A DNA stretch of 56,309 nt. It comes from Chara braunii. Lineage: Eukaryota > Plantae > Charophyceae. The stretch spans positions 2,855,815 through 2,912,123 of the forward strand of contig BFEA01000041.1 of the NCBI GenBank assembly GCA_003427395.1, in the 5' to 3' direction. This document shows positions 21,374 to 34,306 of this stretch, piece after piece. Within the stretch, counting starts at the first letter, position 1. Each line of letters opens with the position of its first letter. Below the pieces are notes generated by a model. That model saw nothing but the letters and a program-made list of their open reading frames with translations. It ran no database searches and was not told the origin of the DNA. The position numbers and the translations under genes are program-made.

Positions 21374-24300
21374 GTGGCCGGCGAGTTTCGCAAGCAGCGG
21401 TACGACGACAACAATGCATCGCTCCTCTATGTCTGCATCCAAGTTGGGCAAGCGTCCTGCAACGCTTTGTTGGATAGGGGCGCGTCTCGCAACTTCATGA
21501 GCCAAGCCTTTATGCAAAGGGCTGGCCTTGGTACACAAGTTCGAAGGAAGGCAAACCCAACGACGATCAAGTTGGCAGGCGGAAGGACGAAGCAACTTAT
21601 CGACCACTACATCGAGGCCGTGTCGGTGTATTTCGCACCTCATGCATGCCAACTGGTGACGTTCGACATTTTGGACACGGACTTCGACGTTATTTTGGGA
21701 ATGCCTTGGCTTGCAAGTGCGGATCACACGGTCAACTTCCACCGGCGGACTCTTACCGTTCGCGACGCTTTCGGCGCCGAAGTGCCATGTACTATTCCTC
21801 TTCCGCACCCTTCCATCCGGTGCCAAGTGGTGACGGCCAAGTCGTTCCGGGCTACTTGCGCTTACGAGCAGCCGGATGAGATAGACTTATGTTTCCTACG
21901 GACCGTCGCGGTAGCCGACTCTTCACCCACGGACTTGTTTTCGGACCCCCGTGTGGTGCGGTTGCTTGACGAGTTCGCCGACATCTTCGAGTCACCTACC
22001 GGTGTGGTGGCGGATCGGCCGATCTCTGTCACGAGATCATTCTTGAGGCCGGTGCCGTGTCGTCGAAAGGTTGCATTTATCGCATGAGCGAGGAGGAACT
22101 TACGATCCTCCGCGCTCAACTCGATGACTTGTTGGACATGGGCTGGATCCGCCTTAGTAGCTCCCCATACGGAGCGCTAGTTCTATTTGTACGAAAGAAG
22201 AACAAGGACCTACGATTGTGTATCGACTACCGCAAACTCAACGCGCACACCGTCAAGAATGCGGGGCCTCTTCTTTGTATCGACGATCTTCTTGAGCGTT
22301 TGGGTGGCGCAAAGTATTTTTCTAAGTTGGATTTGAAGTCGGGATATCATCAAATTGTGATTCGACTGAACGATTGCTATAAATCCGCGTTCAAGACGCG
22401 ATACGGGCATTTTGAGTGGGTGGTCATGCGTTTTGGTCTGACCAACGGCCCGACGACCTTTCAAGCGGCAATGACCAATGAGTTCCGTGCAATGTTGGAC
22501 CGGTTCATGCTGGTCTACTTAAATGACATTCTTGTCTATAGCCGGACATTGGAGGATCATCTTGAGCACCTTCGACGAGTCTTGGAGACACTCCGCCGCG
22601 CCATGTACAAAGCCAACTGCGACAAGTGCGAATTTGTCCGGCAAGAGCTGGAATACTTGGGCCATTTTGTCACACCGGAGGGCATTCGTCCGTTATCCCG
22701 TTATCGGACAAGATTCAAGCCATCCAAGAGTGGCTGGAGCCGCGGAACGTCACGGATGTTCGTTCGTTCCTTGGCCTTGCCAGCTACTACCAGCGTTTTA
22801 TCAAGGGATACTTGAAGATCGCGGCCCACTTGACCAAAGCTTCAATGCGAGGATCGGCCGTTTGACTTTGGAGAGGATGCGTGGAAATTGTTTTTGGTTC
22901 TCAAAGCTGCGTTATTATCTGCGGAGGTCTTGCGCATATACGGCCCGTTATTGCCAACGCGCGTCACTACGGATGCGTCCGGCTATGGCATTGGTGTCGT
23001 CCTCGAGCAACACGATGGCGTGGACCGGTACCCGGTCGAGTACTTCAGCAAGAAAGTGCCCGTCGTGCACTCCATTGATGATGCACGCAAGAAGGAGCTC
23101 ATAACCTTCGTCCACGCGCTCAAGCGGTGGCGGCACTTCCTCCTTGGTCGAAGCCAATTTCGATGGGTAACGGACAACAATCGGTTGGTCTTCTACAAGA
23201 CCCAAGACACTGTCAAGAGAACCATCGCCCGTTGGATGACTTTCATCGACCAATTTGACTTCTTTCCTGATCACATTCCGGGGAAGTCAAACCGTTTTGC
23301 GGGTGCTCTTTCACGGCGTCCAGATCATTGTACCGCAGTCTTTTCGACCTTCGAGATCAGTGACGACCTGCGGGACAGCTTCATCCGCGGCTACCAAGCC
23401 GACCCCGAGTTTCGCGACAAGTACGCGAATTGCTCCTCTCCTAATCCGGCGCCTTCTCACTACCGGATCCAAGAGGGGTACTTGCTTGTCCACACGCGGG
23501 TGAAGGACCTTCTTTGCGTACCGAGTGACTCTCACTTGCGTACACGACTTCTTGGCGAGTTCCACGATGCTCTCGCCACCGGACACTTTGCAGTCAATCG
23601 CACAATTGGCTGACTTCGTGAGCGATTTTGGTGGCCCGGCCTTTTCGGCGGCGTCACACGCTATTGCGAGTCATGCGAGGTTTGTCGGCGCTGCAAAACC
23701 CGCAACCATCATCCGTACGGCAAGTTGAGACCATTACCGGTCCCCTTGCGCCGAAGTGAAGCGATTGCCATGGACATTACCGGGCCGTTCCCCAAGCACA
23801 AGACCGGTGTGGATGGGATTCTCACGATGGTCGACCGACTCACCAAGTTTCGCCATGTTCTTGCCTTGCCGCTATCATGCCAAGGCACCGGAGTTGGCCG
23901 AGGTTCTTTACACCGGTTGGATTCAAACCAAGGGTTACCCCAAGGAAATCATCTGCGACCGCAACACTCGGTTCATGTCTGATTTTTGGTTGGCGCTCAT
24001 CAAACAATGGGGCTCATCTCTCAAGCCAAGTTCGGCTCGCCACCCCCAAACCGATGGCCAAACGGAGAGGGCGCATCACACCGCACAGGTTCTCCTTCGA
24101 ACTCTCATCCGTCCCGACCAAAAGGATTGGGTTGAGCGGCCGCCGAATGTCGAGTTGGCATACAACTCGTCCATCCACCCGACTATCGGGATGTCGCCCT
24201 TCGAGTTCGAGCACGACTTGCCGGTCACTTCTCCGTTGGACACGATCATTCCACGAACGGCCGAGAGCGACGACCATCTTCTTTTCTTGCGGCGGATGCA

Positions 24301-24919
24301 AGAGCTACTTGTCAAGGCACGCGACCAGATGGCTAAGACGCAGCAATGCATGAGCCAACAGGCCAATCGCCAGCGTCTTCCTTGCCCATTTCGCGTTGGC
24401 GATCTCGTTTGGGTTTCCGCCATGGAGTTCAGCCTTGAACAAGATATCTCTCGCAAGCTCCTCCCGAAATGGATGGGGCCTTGGCCGATCGTGGCACCCG
24501 CTGGGGATGCACCCGAAGGACCTTCCTTCACCATTTAGGTGCCCGCCATCTTGCCCGTCTACCCGGTCTTTCATTGCTCTAAGTTGGCTCTTTACACGCC
24601 AGCGGAACATGACGATTTTCCCGGGCGACGATCACGAGACCCACCCTCTATGGACGGTTTTCAAGAGGTCGGCGACATCATGTCCCAACGACGCTACGAC
24701 AACAGGCCAACCGAGTACTTGGTACACTTTGCGTACTGCACTCACAAAGCTGACCGTTGGTTGACCTGTGCGGAACTCCAAGCAACAGCTCCAGATGTTC
24801 TCCCACGCTACAAACGCAAGATGCAAGGCAAGCCGGTATCTTCGGCTCCACGTCGCACCCGCGTCCAGGTTCCACCTTCAGATCGTCAGCTTCGCCCTCG
24901 ACCCGGCTTGACTTCATAA
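21374..24919 (+). pseudogene. Gypsy pol (protease, RT, RNase H, integrase, chromodomain) with frameshifts and stops
   Basis: Protease ALLDRGAS. RT LRLCIDYRKLN, KLDLKSGYHQI, VYLNDIL. RNase H TDASGYGIG. Integrase HHCC (HDALATGH..CEVC), HPQTDGQTER, GPW motif. Chromodomain-like EVGDIMSQRR..EYLVHF..DRWL. Confidence 0.92.
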
Positions 24920-24930
24920 GGAGGGGGGGG

Positions 24931-26121
24931 TGTTACATGCTGCGCCTGCAACAGGCTGCACGGGCCATTTCCAGGCCGGTGTCGTTTTCAGCCTGAAAGC
25001 CTGAAAACAAGGGCCTACAGGCCCTGTGTCGTTTCAGCCTAAAACAGGGCCTTTCCGGCCCTGAGTCTTTTCAGCCTGAAACGGAGGGCCATTTTCAGGC
25101 CCTCATGAGTTCGACCTGCCCTGATACTTGGGCACCAGACCAGGGTTTTAGCACAGGCCATTTTGGGCCTGTTTTCAAGACAACCCCTGGTTGAGCTTCA
25201 ACGCCAGGGTCTGGCACGTTTTGGCATTGGCAAGAGCAGCCTCCTGGACGGGCCAGCGCTATATAGGACTGGCCCGCCCTGCAGCCTGCAGGTAGTTCCT
25301 AGGTACTTCCCAGGCACTTCACGTGCAGTTCGGGAGGCAGGAGGTAGTCTTCAGGATTCGGCAGCAGCACTCTGGAGGAGCGCTGCAGGAGTAGTAGTAG
25401 CGCTAGCAGTAGTCTTCAACGCTGGGCGCTAGTAGCGTTAGCAGTAGTCTTCAGCGCTGGGCGCTAGTAGGNNNNNNNNNNNNNNNNNNNNNNNNNNNNN
25501 NNNNNNNNNNNNNNNNNNNNNNNNNNNNNNNNNNNNNNNNNNNNNNNNNNNNNNNNNNNNNNNNNNNNNNNNNNNNNNNNNNNNNNNNNNNNNNNNNNNN
25601 NNNNNNNNNNNNNNNNNNNNNNNNNNNNNNNNNNNNNNNNNNNNNNNNNNNNNNNNNNNNNNNNNNNNNNNNNNNNNNNNNNNNNNNNNNNNNNNNNNNN
25701 NNNNNNNNNNNNNNNNNNNNNNNNNNNNNNNNNNNNNNNNNNNNNNNNNNNNNNNNNNNNNNNNNNNNNNNNNNNNNNNNNNNNNNNNNNNNNNNNNNNN
25801 NNNNNNNNNNNNNNNNNNNNNNNNNNNNNNNNNNNNNNNNNNNNNNNNNNNNNNNNNNNNNNNNNNNNNNNNNNNNNNNNNNNNNNNNNNNNNNNNNNNN
25901 NNNNNNNNNNNNNNNNNNNNNNNNNNNNNNNNNNNNNNNNNNNNNNNNNNNNNNNNNNNNNNNNNNNNNNNNNNNNNNNNNNNNNNNNNNNNNNNNNNNN
26001 NNNNNNNNNNNNNNNNNNNNNNNNNNNNNNNNNNNNNNNNNNNNNNNNNNNNNNNNNNNNNNNNNNNNNNNNNNNNNNNNNNNNNNNNNNNNNNNNNNNN
26101 NNNNNNNNNNNNNNNNNNNNN

Positions 26122-26195
<74 letters not shown>

Positions 26196-26698
26196 CTTCT
26201 TCCTCTTCTCAGTCCATCTTCCTCTCACCCTCTCGCTACCTGACTTCACTGCATCAGCTAACTACGAGAGAGAGAGAGAGCTTGGTCACATTTGGATCCA
26301 GAGTCGACATTGGGCTTCAGACATTTTGACGAGGGATTATTTGGGATTTGCAACGAAGACTTGGTGTTGACGACTTTCCCATCCCCCCCATCCTCTTCTT
26401 CGTCTGTTTCCCTCCTCTTCCTCTGTGCATGATCTGGACCTGGCGCATTCTTCCTGTGTGTAGCGCCAGGCCCCCCTTCACACCTTGTGATGAGGATGAT
26501 GTATGTTTAGTCTGCATCGCGACATTGAGTGGGCTCGTCATTGGTATTCTAGCATTCTGCTCCGCTGTCTTGTACTACGTGAGAGAGGTCAGTCCCGGTC
26601 AGGTCAGGACTTGTATCTAAATCTTCCACTGCGCTATAAAACACCATGTTTGTATGTATCAGGATGTACACTGCTTGTTGAGATTTCACTAGCACTGC
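24931..26698 (+). repeat. 3' LTR (contains N gap; homology to 5' LTR stops ~26698)
   Basis: Follows the PPT. 26587-26698 matches 20969-21080. Confidence 0.8.
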
Positions 26699-26795
26699 GT
26701 CGTCCATTCAGTCCTTTTCATCACATTGCGGATCCTTGGTTATATAACAGGGGATTCCGGGTTCCCGGCCTCAATTTTTTTGCCTTTTAGAATTT

Positions 26796-26858
26796 AATGG
26801 ATAATGCAGCCTGCTGTTAAACAAAAAAAAGAGGCTTCAGGATTAAAGACTCTCTCAG

Positions 26859-26915
<57 letters not shown>

Positions 26916-27054
26916 TTTAATTAGTACGATAGGCAGTCGCCCAAGTGGGCATGTAACAGTGTCAGGAGAGTGCCTATCGTACTAAAATAATCTGAGAGAG
27001 TCTTTAATCCTGAAGCCTCTTTCTGTTTTTTAACAGCAGGCTGCATTATCCATT
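26796..27054. repeat. Foldback inverted repeat with (ATT)n expansion in the left arm
   Basis: AATGGATAATGCAGCCTGCTGTTAAA..GAGGCTTCAGGATTAAAGACTCTCTCAGATTA..TTAGTACGATAGGCA is mirrored at ~26971-27054. Confidence 0.8.
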
Positions 27055-28104
27055 CGCGAGGCACAAGGCCTCAATAAGCCCTAGTGGACCCGTATTTGCA
27101 ACAGCGTCGGCCGCCCTAAGTGAAGGCAGGCCCGACAGACCCTAAGAGGCCTATTTTGGATTACTTCGCAACTGGGGAAAATTCAGGCAGTTGCGCAGCG
27201 CCAGTTGGTTGGAAGCGCCCAGGCCGTGGCCTCCTTTACCAAATGCATCTGAGTCAGGACCTGGGCGAGATTCGCAGCATAGGCCCAATTCAGACTGTGG
27301 GCGGTTGGGCACAGGTAACTGTCGGTGGCCCTGGGCCAAGACGTTTGGTCTGAGGCTCAGCCTCCCTGGGCAAGCGCTGCTGCGCTATCGCCTGCCAGCG
27401 CTCACGCGCTCACGGGCGAGCTGGAAGGAGCAGGCAGCCATAGCCAAGCTGTGCTGCAGTATGCTGGATGGGGCGCATGGTGGTCCTTGGGTGCAAGTGG
27501 CATCTGTGAGTTGGGGAACGAGGTTGTGAGTGATACGAGAGACATGCCTGGTGCTTGAGGCGATGGCATTGTCCAAGATCTGCTCGTACTTCGGTGAAGC
27601 TGTTGACGTCATCCGGTGGCATTGTAGAGTAGGCTAGATAGGATCTGCCATCTGTAGTCTGGGCGCCGAGCGCCAGATAGGATATCAACATTGGTTCTTC
27701 GTTGATGATGATGATGAGACTATTCCAGCATTGTCAATTATGAGCTCTTGGTGTGTTCTTATTTGGTGAAACTCGTGACGCAATTCTGCTTTTGGTTCGA
27801 GGTCATGACTATCTGGTCTCATGTGTATGATGCTGTTTGATTTCTGAAGTTCGCTATCGCTCATCTTCCTTGCACATTAAAATTCAAAATGCAAAAAATT
27901 TGTGGCCGGTAATCCCTCAACATCTCAATCCGGGATGAAGGCCTGGGCTCGTTACCCAGTCTAGGCTATGCTGGAAACGGGGTCCAGCGTCCCCTTCTCT
28001 GCTCATCTGCTGAAAATAAATTTGAAGCCTCTTCACCCTGCTGCTGTTTAGGTTCAATGTCCTGACCCCGTTTCCAGCATAGTGCAGTAACTATAACTGT
28101 ACTT

Positions 28105-28336
28105 GGGGTATCTTTCAGTCTCAATTCATCAATAATGACCCTACTTTGTATCCAGGTGAAGAGGGCAGGCCCACTGGTCCCAGGCATCGGGACCAATGTC
28201 CCTGTAATTTTCCCCATTGGTCCCGAGGCCTCTCTTCCCGAATCCACCTGGGACCAGTGGGCCTGCCCTCTTCACCTGGATACAAAGTAGGGTCATTATT
28301 GATGAATTGAGAGTCTTGAGACTGAAAGATACCCCA
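28105..28336. repeat. Long inverted repeat (~80-bp arms)
   Basis: GGGGTATCTTTCAGTCTCAA..CCACTGGTCCCAGG and its reverse complement at ~28248-28336, with a 9-bp insertion. Confidence 0.8.
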
Positions 28337-28897
28337 CGTACAGGTATAGGTACTGTACTGTGTATTTGGGTGAAGAAGGTAACTCAGGGCATACTCACAC
28401 TAGCACTTTCCAGAAGGCATCAGACCGTAATTTCAGCCACACCTGTAGGCATCTGGACACGATTCCGTCCAGAAACAAGTAAAAAAGTCGTAGTGTGAGC
28501 ATGCTCTCAGTTGGTACATTCATGAACTGGTCAAATACAGATGTTAAGTGCGAATCGGATGCCATGGGAACTCGTCGAACAAATGTCTGAATTACCTGGG
28601 ACCCGTTCGACGATGATGATATCCCAAGCTTGTCGCCTTTTTTTAATTTTTTATTATTATTATTATTATTTTAATTTTAAGAATCCACCCGGATAATGTG
28701 TCAGGTGCAGGATCCGTGCGGCCACGTGTACTCTGACGAGGGCATTGAAGCAGAAAAGCATAGCATGGAGCACCGCTACCTCAGGTATGCGAACACGGGA
28801 CCCATCCAGACACAAGACAGCCGATGGTCCCCCCGATTGGGTCTGAATGTCGGCATGTGATCCCGACCGGAACGTGCCCTTATCCCGATCTGAAAGT

Positions 28898-28929
<32 letters not shown>

Positions 28930-29392
28930 NNNNNNNNNNNNNNNNNNNNNNNNNNNNNNNNNNNNNNNNNNNNNNNNNNNNNNNTTTTTTTGTTTTTACA
29001 TAAAACAGAGTGTGTTTGTGTGTTTTTGCTTTCTTTTTGGAAAACGTTTCTCAAATTTTGGTGTGAATTTCCAACCTGACAGTCAACCGACAGTTGTGTG
29101 CATTTACAAGGGGCAAAAAAAAAAAAAAAAAAGTTTCGCTGCACAAAATATCTTCTTCCATAAATGATTTGATAGTATTTGATACTTGAAAAAAAATTAA
29201 AAAAAATTGAATTATTATTTTGTAACTTGCATGCACTTTGGACAGGGATGCACAAGTTGGGGTTCTTAACCATGGTCACAGCAGATTGTCTGCGCACCAG
29301 TCCAGTCTGAGATGAGATTGCACTCATGGGGGCCATGGCATGGGGGTGCTGCTATCAGCCTATCAAACAATTATTAAGTTGAATTAACCCTA

Positions 29393-29499
29393 CCATCTTC
29401 ACCCGAATAGAACGCCCAGTCATTATAACAGTATTTGGGCGAGCTCTCAGTCCAGGTGCAGCAAAATAATGACCGGGCATTCTGGTCAGGCAAACACGG
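29393..29499. mobile_element. Degenerate copy of the same MITE family
   Basis: TA-CCATCTTCACCCGAATAGAACGCCC...AATGACCGGGC; the right TIR is decayed. Confidence 0.5.
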
Positions 29500-29549
29500 T
29501 TACTAAACGTTGATCTAGCTAAGGCCGTACACACACTAGCACCATCGTC

Positions 29550-29959
29550 AGAGGCTCGCCACACAGGCTGTCTAATGTCGAAAATTTTCAACAGGTGTCA
29601 GAAAATTTTCGACAGTAGGGCGGTAGACAGTTTTCCCCCTCTTCGCCACATAGCCTGTCGAGGGGAAAGGTTTTTGGTCATGGCCAGGCGGACGGGTGTC
29701 ACGGAACAGTCGCTGACAACACAAATTCGAACCTGACAATGCAAATGTGAACGCAATTTTCGAAAGGTCGGCGGGCCACTGTCGAATTTCCGTCACCTGC
29801 AGGCTGCAGGCTGGTGGAAACGGTTGCTGGAGGGCGGCTGTTGAAAGGACCATTCTGACCCCTGTCGAAAGTTTTTTGAGCCGCAATTCTTCGAAAGTCT
29901 GTGTGACGATGCAAAATTATCGAAAACCTGGTTTTCGACAGCCTGTGTGGCGAGCCTCT
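29550..29959. mobile_element. TIR element (MITE, possibly PIF/Harbinger) with TGTCGAAA-like subterminal motifs
   Basis: AGAGGCTCGCCACACAGGCTGTC ... GACAGCCTGTGTGGCGAGCCTCT is a perfect 23-bp inverted repeat. Flanks TCA/TTA if the TIR starts at G. Confidence 0.68.
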
Positions 29960-30467
29960 TAATGTATCTGGCCGCATTTATAGCCAGATGTGGATGTATC
30001 TGGCCCCAGTCAGGTCAAAAAATAACTTTAAATAAGTAAAGAAGTCCTAGTGTGAGTATGCCCTAAGGTAAGGAAATTGAGCGGGGAACACTTCATAACT
30101 TGTTTTTTTGTTTTTGTTTTTGTTTTTGTTTTTGTTTTTGTGTTTGTGTTTGTTTTGAGAAAGAAGCCATTGGCAATGGAAGGTTTGTGAGGCAAGTTCT
30201 ATTCTTCAGTTCCTTGTAGAATTCCTATTAGTAAATGGAGTGGGGCAAGTCTATATTTTGTAAATTGCAACTCAAAAATTATCTCATGTGCCTTTTGTCA
30301 TCTGGGAGGTGGTACAGGGTCCAGCATTTGGACAAGGATCTGTATCACCCAGGGCCTCCCCTCCCAGATATCCCTCCTCATAACCTCCGTTTGTTCTTTT
30401 GCATATACAAAGTATCAGACCTGCCATGGCAGAGAGCGTCTGTCAACCCCTCCCTCCCTCCCTCCCT

Positions 30468-30521
<54 letters not shown>

Positions 30522-30522
30522 N

Positions 30523-30612
<90 letters not shown>

Positions 30613-31824
30613 AATGTGCCTTGGGCGGCCCAGTTTTCTTGTATTGTCGGCCTGTTTTTTTTTTTTTTTTTGGTGCTGGGCAAACAGGCGTGTTACGTGT
30701 GGCCCAGATCTTCCTTTGGACACAATCTACAGATTAATAAGAGTATTATCCAGAACCGTGAATTCGCAGAGCCAAGAGTTCCACAAGTCTTTGATGGAAC
30801 TTGAATGAGCTCCAGTTGCGCAAGGTCCCATCTACCTGGGTTGTGTGTTTCTGGCTGTTCATCCTCACAATCTCCATTCCAAGGCGAGAAAGTTCAGGGA
30901 ACCAGGGCCTGCCTCCCGCTCTTGTTCATGGAAAGCTCAACATCACCAGAGCTCCTGCCGACGCTCCTGCCGACGCTCCTGCCGAAGCTCCGGCCGGAGC
31001 TCCGGCCAAAACTCCTCTATCGGTTTCAAACAAGTTAAACTTTGAGCAACCTCAAGCTTAGGATTTTTCCATGAATTTCTCAATTTCTCAATATGATCTT
31101 GAATGGGACGCTGAGCCCGGTTCCCAGCACGTGCTGCTCCCCACAAATAGATTGGAGCATGTTCCCAACAACAACAACAACAAAAAAAAAAAAAAGAAAA
31201 AAAAAAAAAAAGGGTTTGAGCAACCTCTGCATTTGGTCTATTGCCAGAGAGAGCCACTGCACTTGTTCGTCAAAAACTCCAAGATCAGTGGAGCTTCTGC
31301 TGAAGCTCCTCCTGCTGTAGGCCCTGCTAAAGCTCCTGCTGAAGCTCGGGCTGAAGCTTTGCCTTTCTTTTCTTTTCTTTTTTTTTTTTCTTTTTTTTTT
31401 TTTTTGTGAATCTAGGCTGTTGTAGAGGCCAGTTACTAGCCCCACGGTGATTACCGGGAGCAATCAGCCATGGTTGTCCTGAGAAGATGAGGCCACCTCC
31501 CACATCCCATCCTCCCGTCAATGCTCCTACCGTCTTCCCCTGAATATGACGTATGGTCATTATAGCTGCATTTTGGGTATCTGTCAGTCTAAGTACAGCT
31601 ATAGTGACCGTTCGTTGTATTAGGGGAAAGAAGGTAGCACACCCCCTATCGCTACTATCCTACCTCAGTGTGACCAGCACTCAGGACCATTCTTGTCTAA
31701 GTACGGGGGCCATTAGCCGGCGTGAGCTCATGCTGTGGAAGACGCTGAGATAATATGAACTTGTTGCTGGTGCCAGTTCACCCTGCTTTGTGGGCGAAAG
31801 ATCTTCTTCTTCCTCGTCTTCTTC

Positions 31825-31855
<31 letters not shown>

Positions 31856-32704
31856 CGGGCCAACACAGATCTCCCTTCTGTTTCTGAAACTGCCTGAGAG
31901 AACATGAGGAAATATATGACCCCCTTTATACCCCGTGAAACCATTGCGGCTCTCAACGATTGCTCCTGCGGGGGGGAAGGGGTCTGGGAAATCAGAGAGG
32001 GGGCGGTGGGGAAGAGAGCTATCTACTATCTACACAGGTCCATTCGTTAAAGAGGGGTCTGTAGTCCCCGCAAATCTTCTCATCTTCCCCTTGCTCTCCC
32101 GCTGACCATTGAATCTTCTCTCTTTAAGTTATCACGTGTTGTGTTTGGAAATTTCAAGCCGTATTTCATTCATAAGCTCTCCGATTTAAACAGAAGAGAA
32201 ATTTTCATGTGTTTACCTTTTGTAATTGGAGTTGTTTGGATGGGTGAGTTGGAAAATTTGGTCACGTAGATCTTGTATTTTGCCTAAATTTGTCGGTTAC
32301 TATGCACAAGTTTATTATGGAAAATATTTTGTTGGCTTACAGATTACTGAAGATATGGTTGGTCATAAATTTGGAGAATTTGCTTCTACACGTTAAACTT
32401 CGAAAACAAAAACGAAACAAAAAAAGACAAACAAATAATGGCACAAAAAGTCAATCCAATCTCAGTAGACTCAATCTGAATCGTAGTCCAGATTCTTGTT
32501 GGTTTGGTGAGGGCGACCGCGCAAGTCACCGAATGAATTGCCCACTTTGGCGTAGTCAAGTGGGACTTTGCAGATGTCCGCAACGAGATGGACACGACTT
32601 ATTTCATGCGTGGAGCATGCATGAAAGACAGTTGCACGTACGGTTCGGAGGAGAGAAAAAACAAAGCATTTCGAATTTTGTCACATCCAGCGTCATCAAA
32701 GTGA

Positions 32705-32965
<261 letters not shown>

Positions 32966-33504
32966 TAACCTGAGTCGCTAGAACCTTGCACTGGTTGCTA
33001 CTCAGAGTCTGAGTAAGCAAGCTCCTGCTTTTGGTTCGGTTCGGTTTGGTTCTGTTTAGTAGTAGTTCTGGCTTAGGCGTCATCCACTACGCAGCATAGT
33101 ACTCAAATGTGTCTGAAGATGGGAAAGGTCCGATACATTCAGAACGTAGGGTCGCTCCTAACGTATCTGGTCTAGGTGCCGTTCCAAATTCTTGTTGAAT
33201 GCTGAGTAGTGGAGTGTGGCCCATTCTTTTATTCCATCTTCTTTAGCTATAATTTTCCTGTGAAGGCAGTGTGCTTGCCACTTATTTTTGCCAACTCCGC
33301 TGTCCTCGCAGTCGGCCTTCCTCCACTACACAACACTCTCTATGTATCTGGAGCCCATAATCATCCCGGTACATTCCGTGTTTCACTCCCTTATGCACCT
33401 GGTCCAAAAAGGCGTTCAAATGAATGTCAAAGGTTGCGTAGTGCAGCGTGGCCCAGTGGCTACCTTGTAGTGAGTGGTAAATCACCATTGGGTGTTTGTT
33501 TCTA

Positions 33505-33615
33505 CCGTCTTCACCCGAATACACGGTACGGTCATCATTGCTGTATCTAGACTCAAAGTTGCCCCAAATACACCAGGTCCTATAATGAACGTACCTTGTG
33601 TTCGGGCGAAGACGG
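33505..33615. mobile_element. Tc1/mariner-like MITE, same family as 2088-2192
   Basis: TA-CCGTCTTCACCCGAA...TTCGGGCGAAGACGG-TA. Confidence 0.68.
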
Positions 33616-34268
33616 TAGTTTCTTGGGCTAGCTATGCGGCGGTCACAGAAAACGTTTTTTTTTTAATGCATTTGAAAGACATCGTTTCCGCAGTCCAGTC
33701 GAAGAGATGCAGCAGCTTGGAAGTGCAGTCCAAACTACGATTTGCGGGGACATTCTCACCAGGCAGTTTGAAAGTGCAATTTAGTCAGCCGCGTGGGAGT
33801 GCGCGCGGCGCGGAGGCGCAGCCTGGAGGGGGCAAAATGATTTAACAACCCTCAGGCTGTTGTAGCAAAATCCGGTTTCAGGCGCGGATTGGGCTTTGTA
33901 TCTGGACGATCCAACAATCCTGTCGTAGCAATCCGGTTTCACAGCTGGACTAAAAATCTTGCATGGAGTTCAACTTGTTGTATTATTTGTATATGCATGT
34001 GCTCAGCCGAGCCCATCGGACTTTTTTCTGGGTTTGACAGACTGACCGACGAAAGATGAGACCCTGTGGACCTGGTTTGTTTGTATTAATTTTTCAGTCG
34101 GACCGAGGTCGTGGACAAAGTTTTGATAGCCTAACGGCATGCACAAACGGGAAGTCGTGTTGAAGTGTGGGGGAGGAGGGGTTGTTCTGCCGCTCTTGGG
34201 GGGGATTGAATATGACGCGCAATCAGCAGGCTTGACTCAATGGCACTTGCAACATGCATGCATGTAGG

Positions 34269-34306
34269 CTGTCTCTTATACACATCTAGATGTGTATAAG
34301 AGACAG
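34269..34306. other. Nextera mate-pair junction adapter (assembly artefact)
   Basis: CTGTCTCTTATACACATCT+AGATGTGTATAAGAGACAG (Tn5 mosaic ends) between two identical ~140-bp copies. Confidence 0.97.

Larger units (their letters stand above)
19707..26698 (+). mobile_element. Ty3/Gypsy chromovirus-type LTR retrotransposon, decayed, gag deleted, 3' LTR truncated
   Basis: Both LTRs begin TGTTACATGCTGCG (19707, 24931). PPT AAGGAGGGGGGGG at 24918-24930. Domain order is PR-RT-RH-INT-chromo. Confidence 0.92.

Noticed and set aside
34269-34306. Tn5/IS50 ends suggesting bacterial HGT
   Set aside because: Exact Nextera mate-pair junction adapter, so an artefact.
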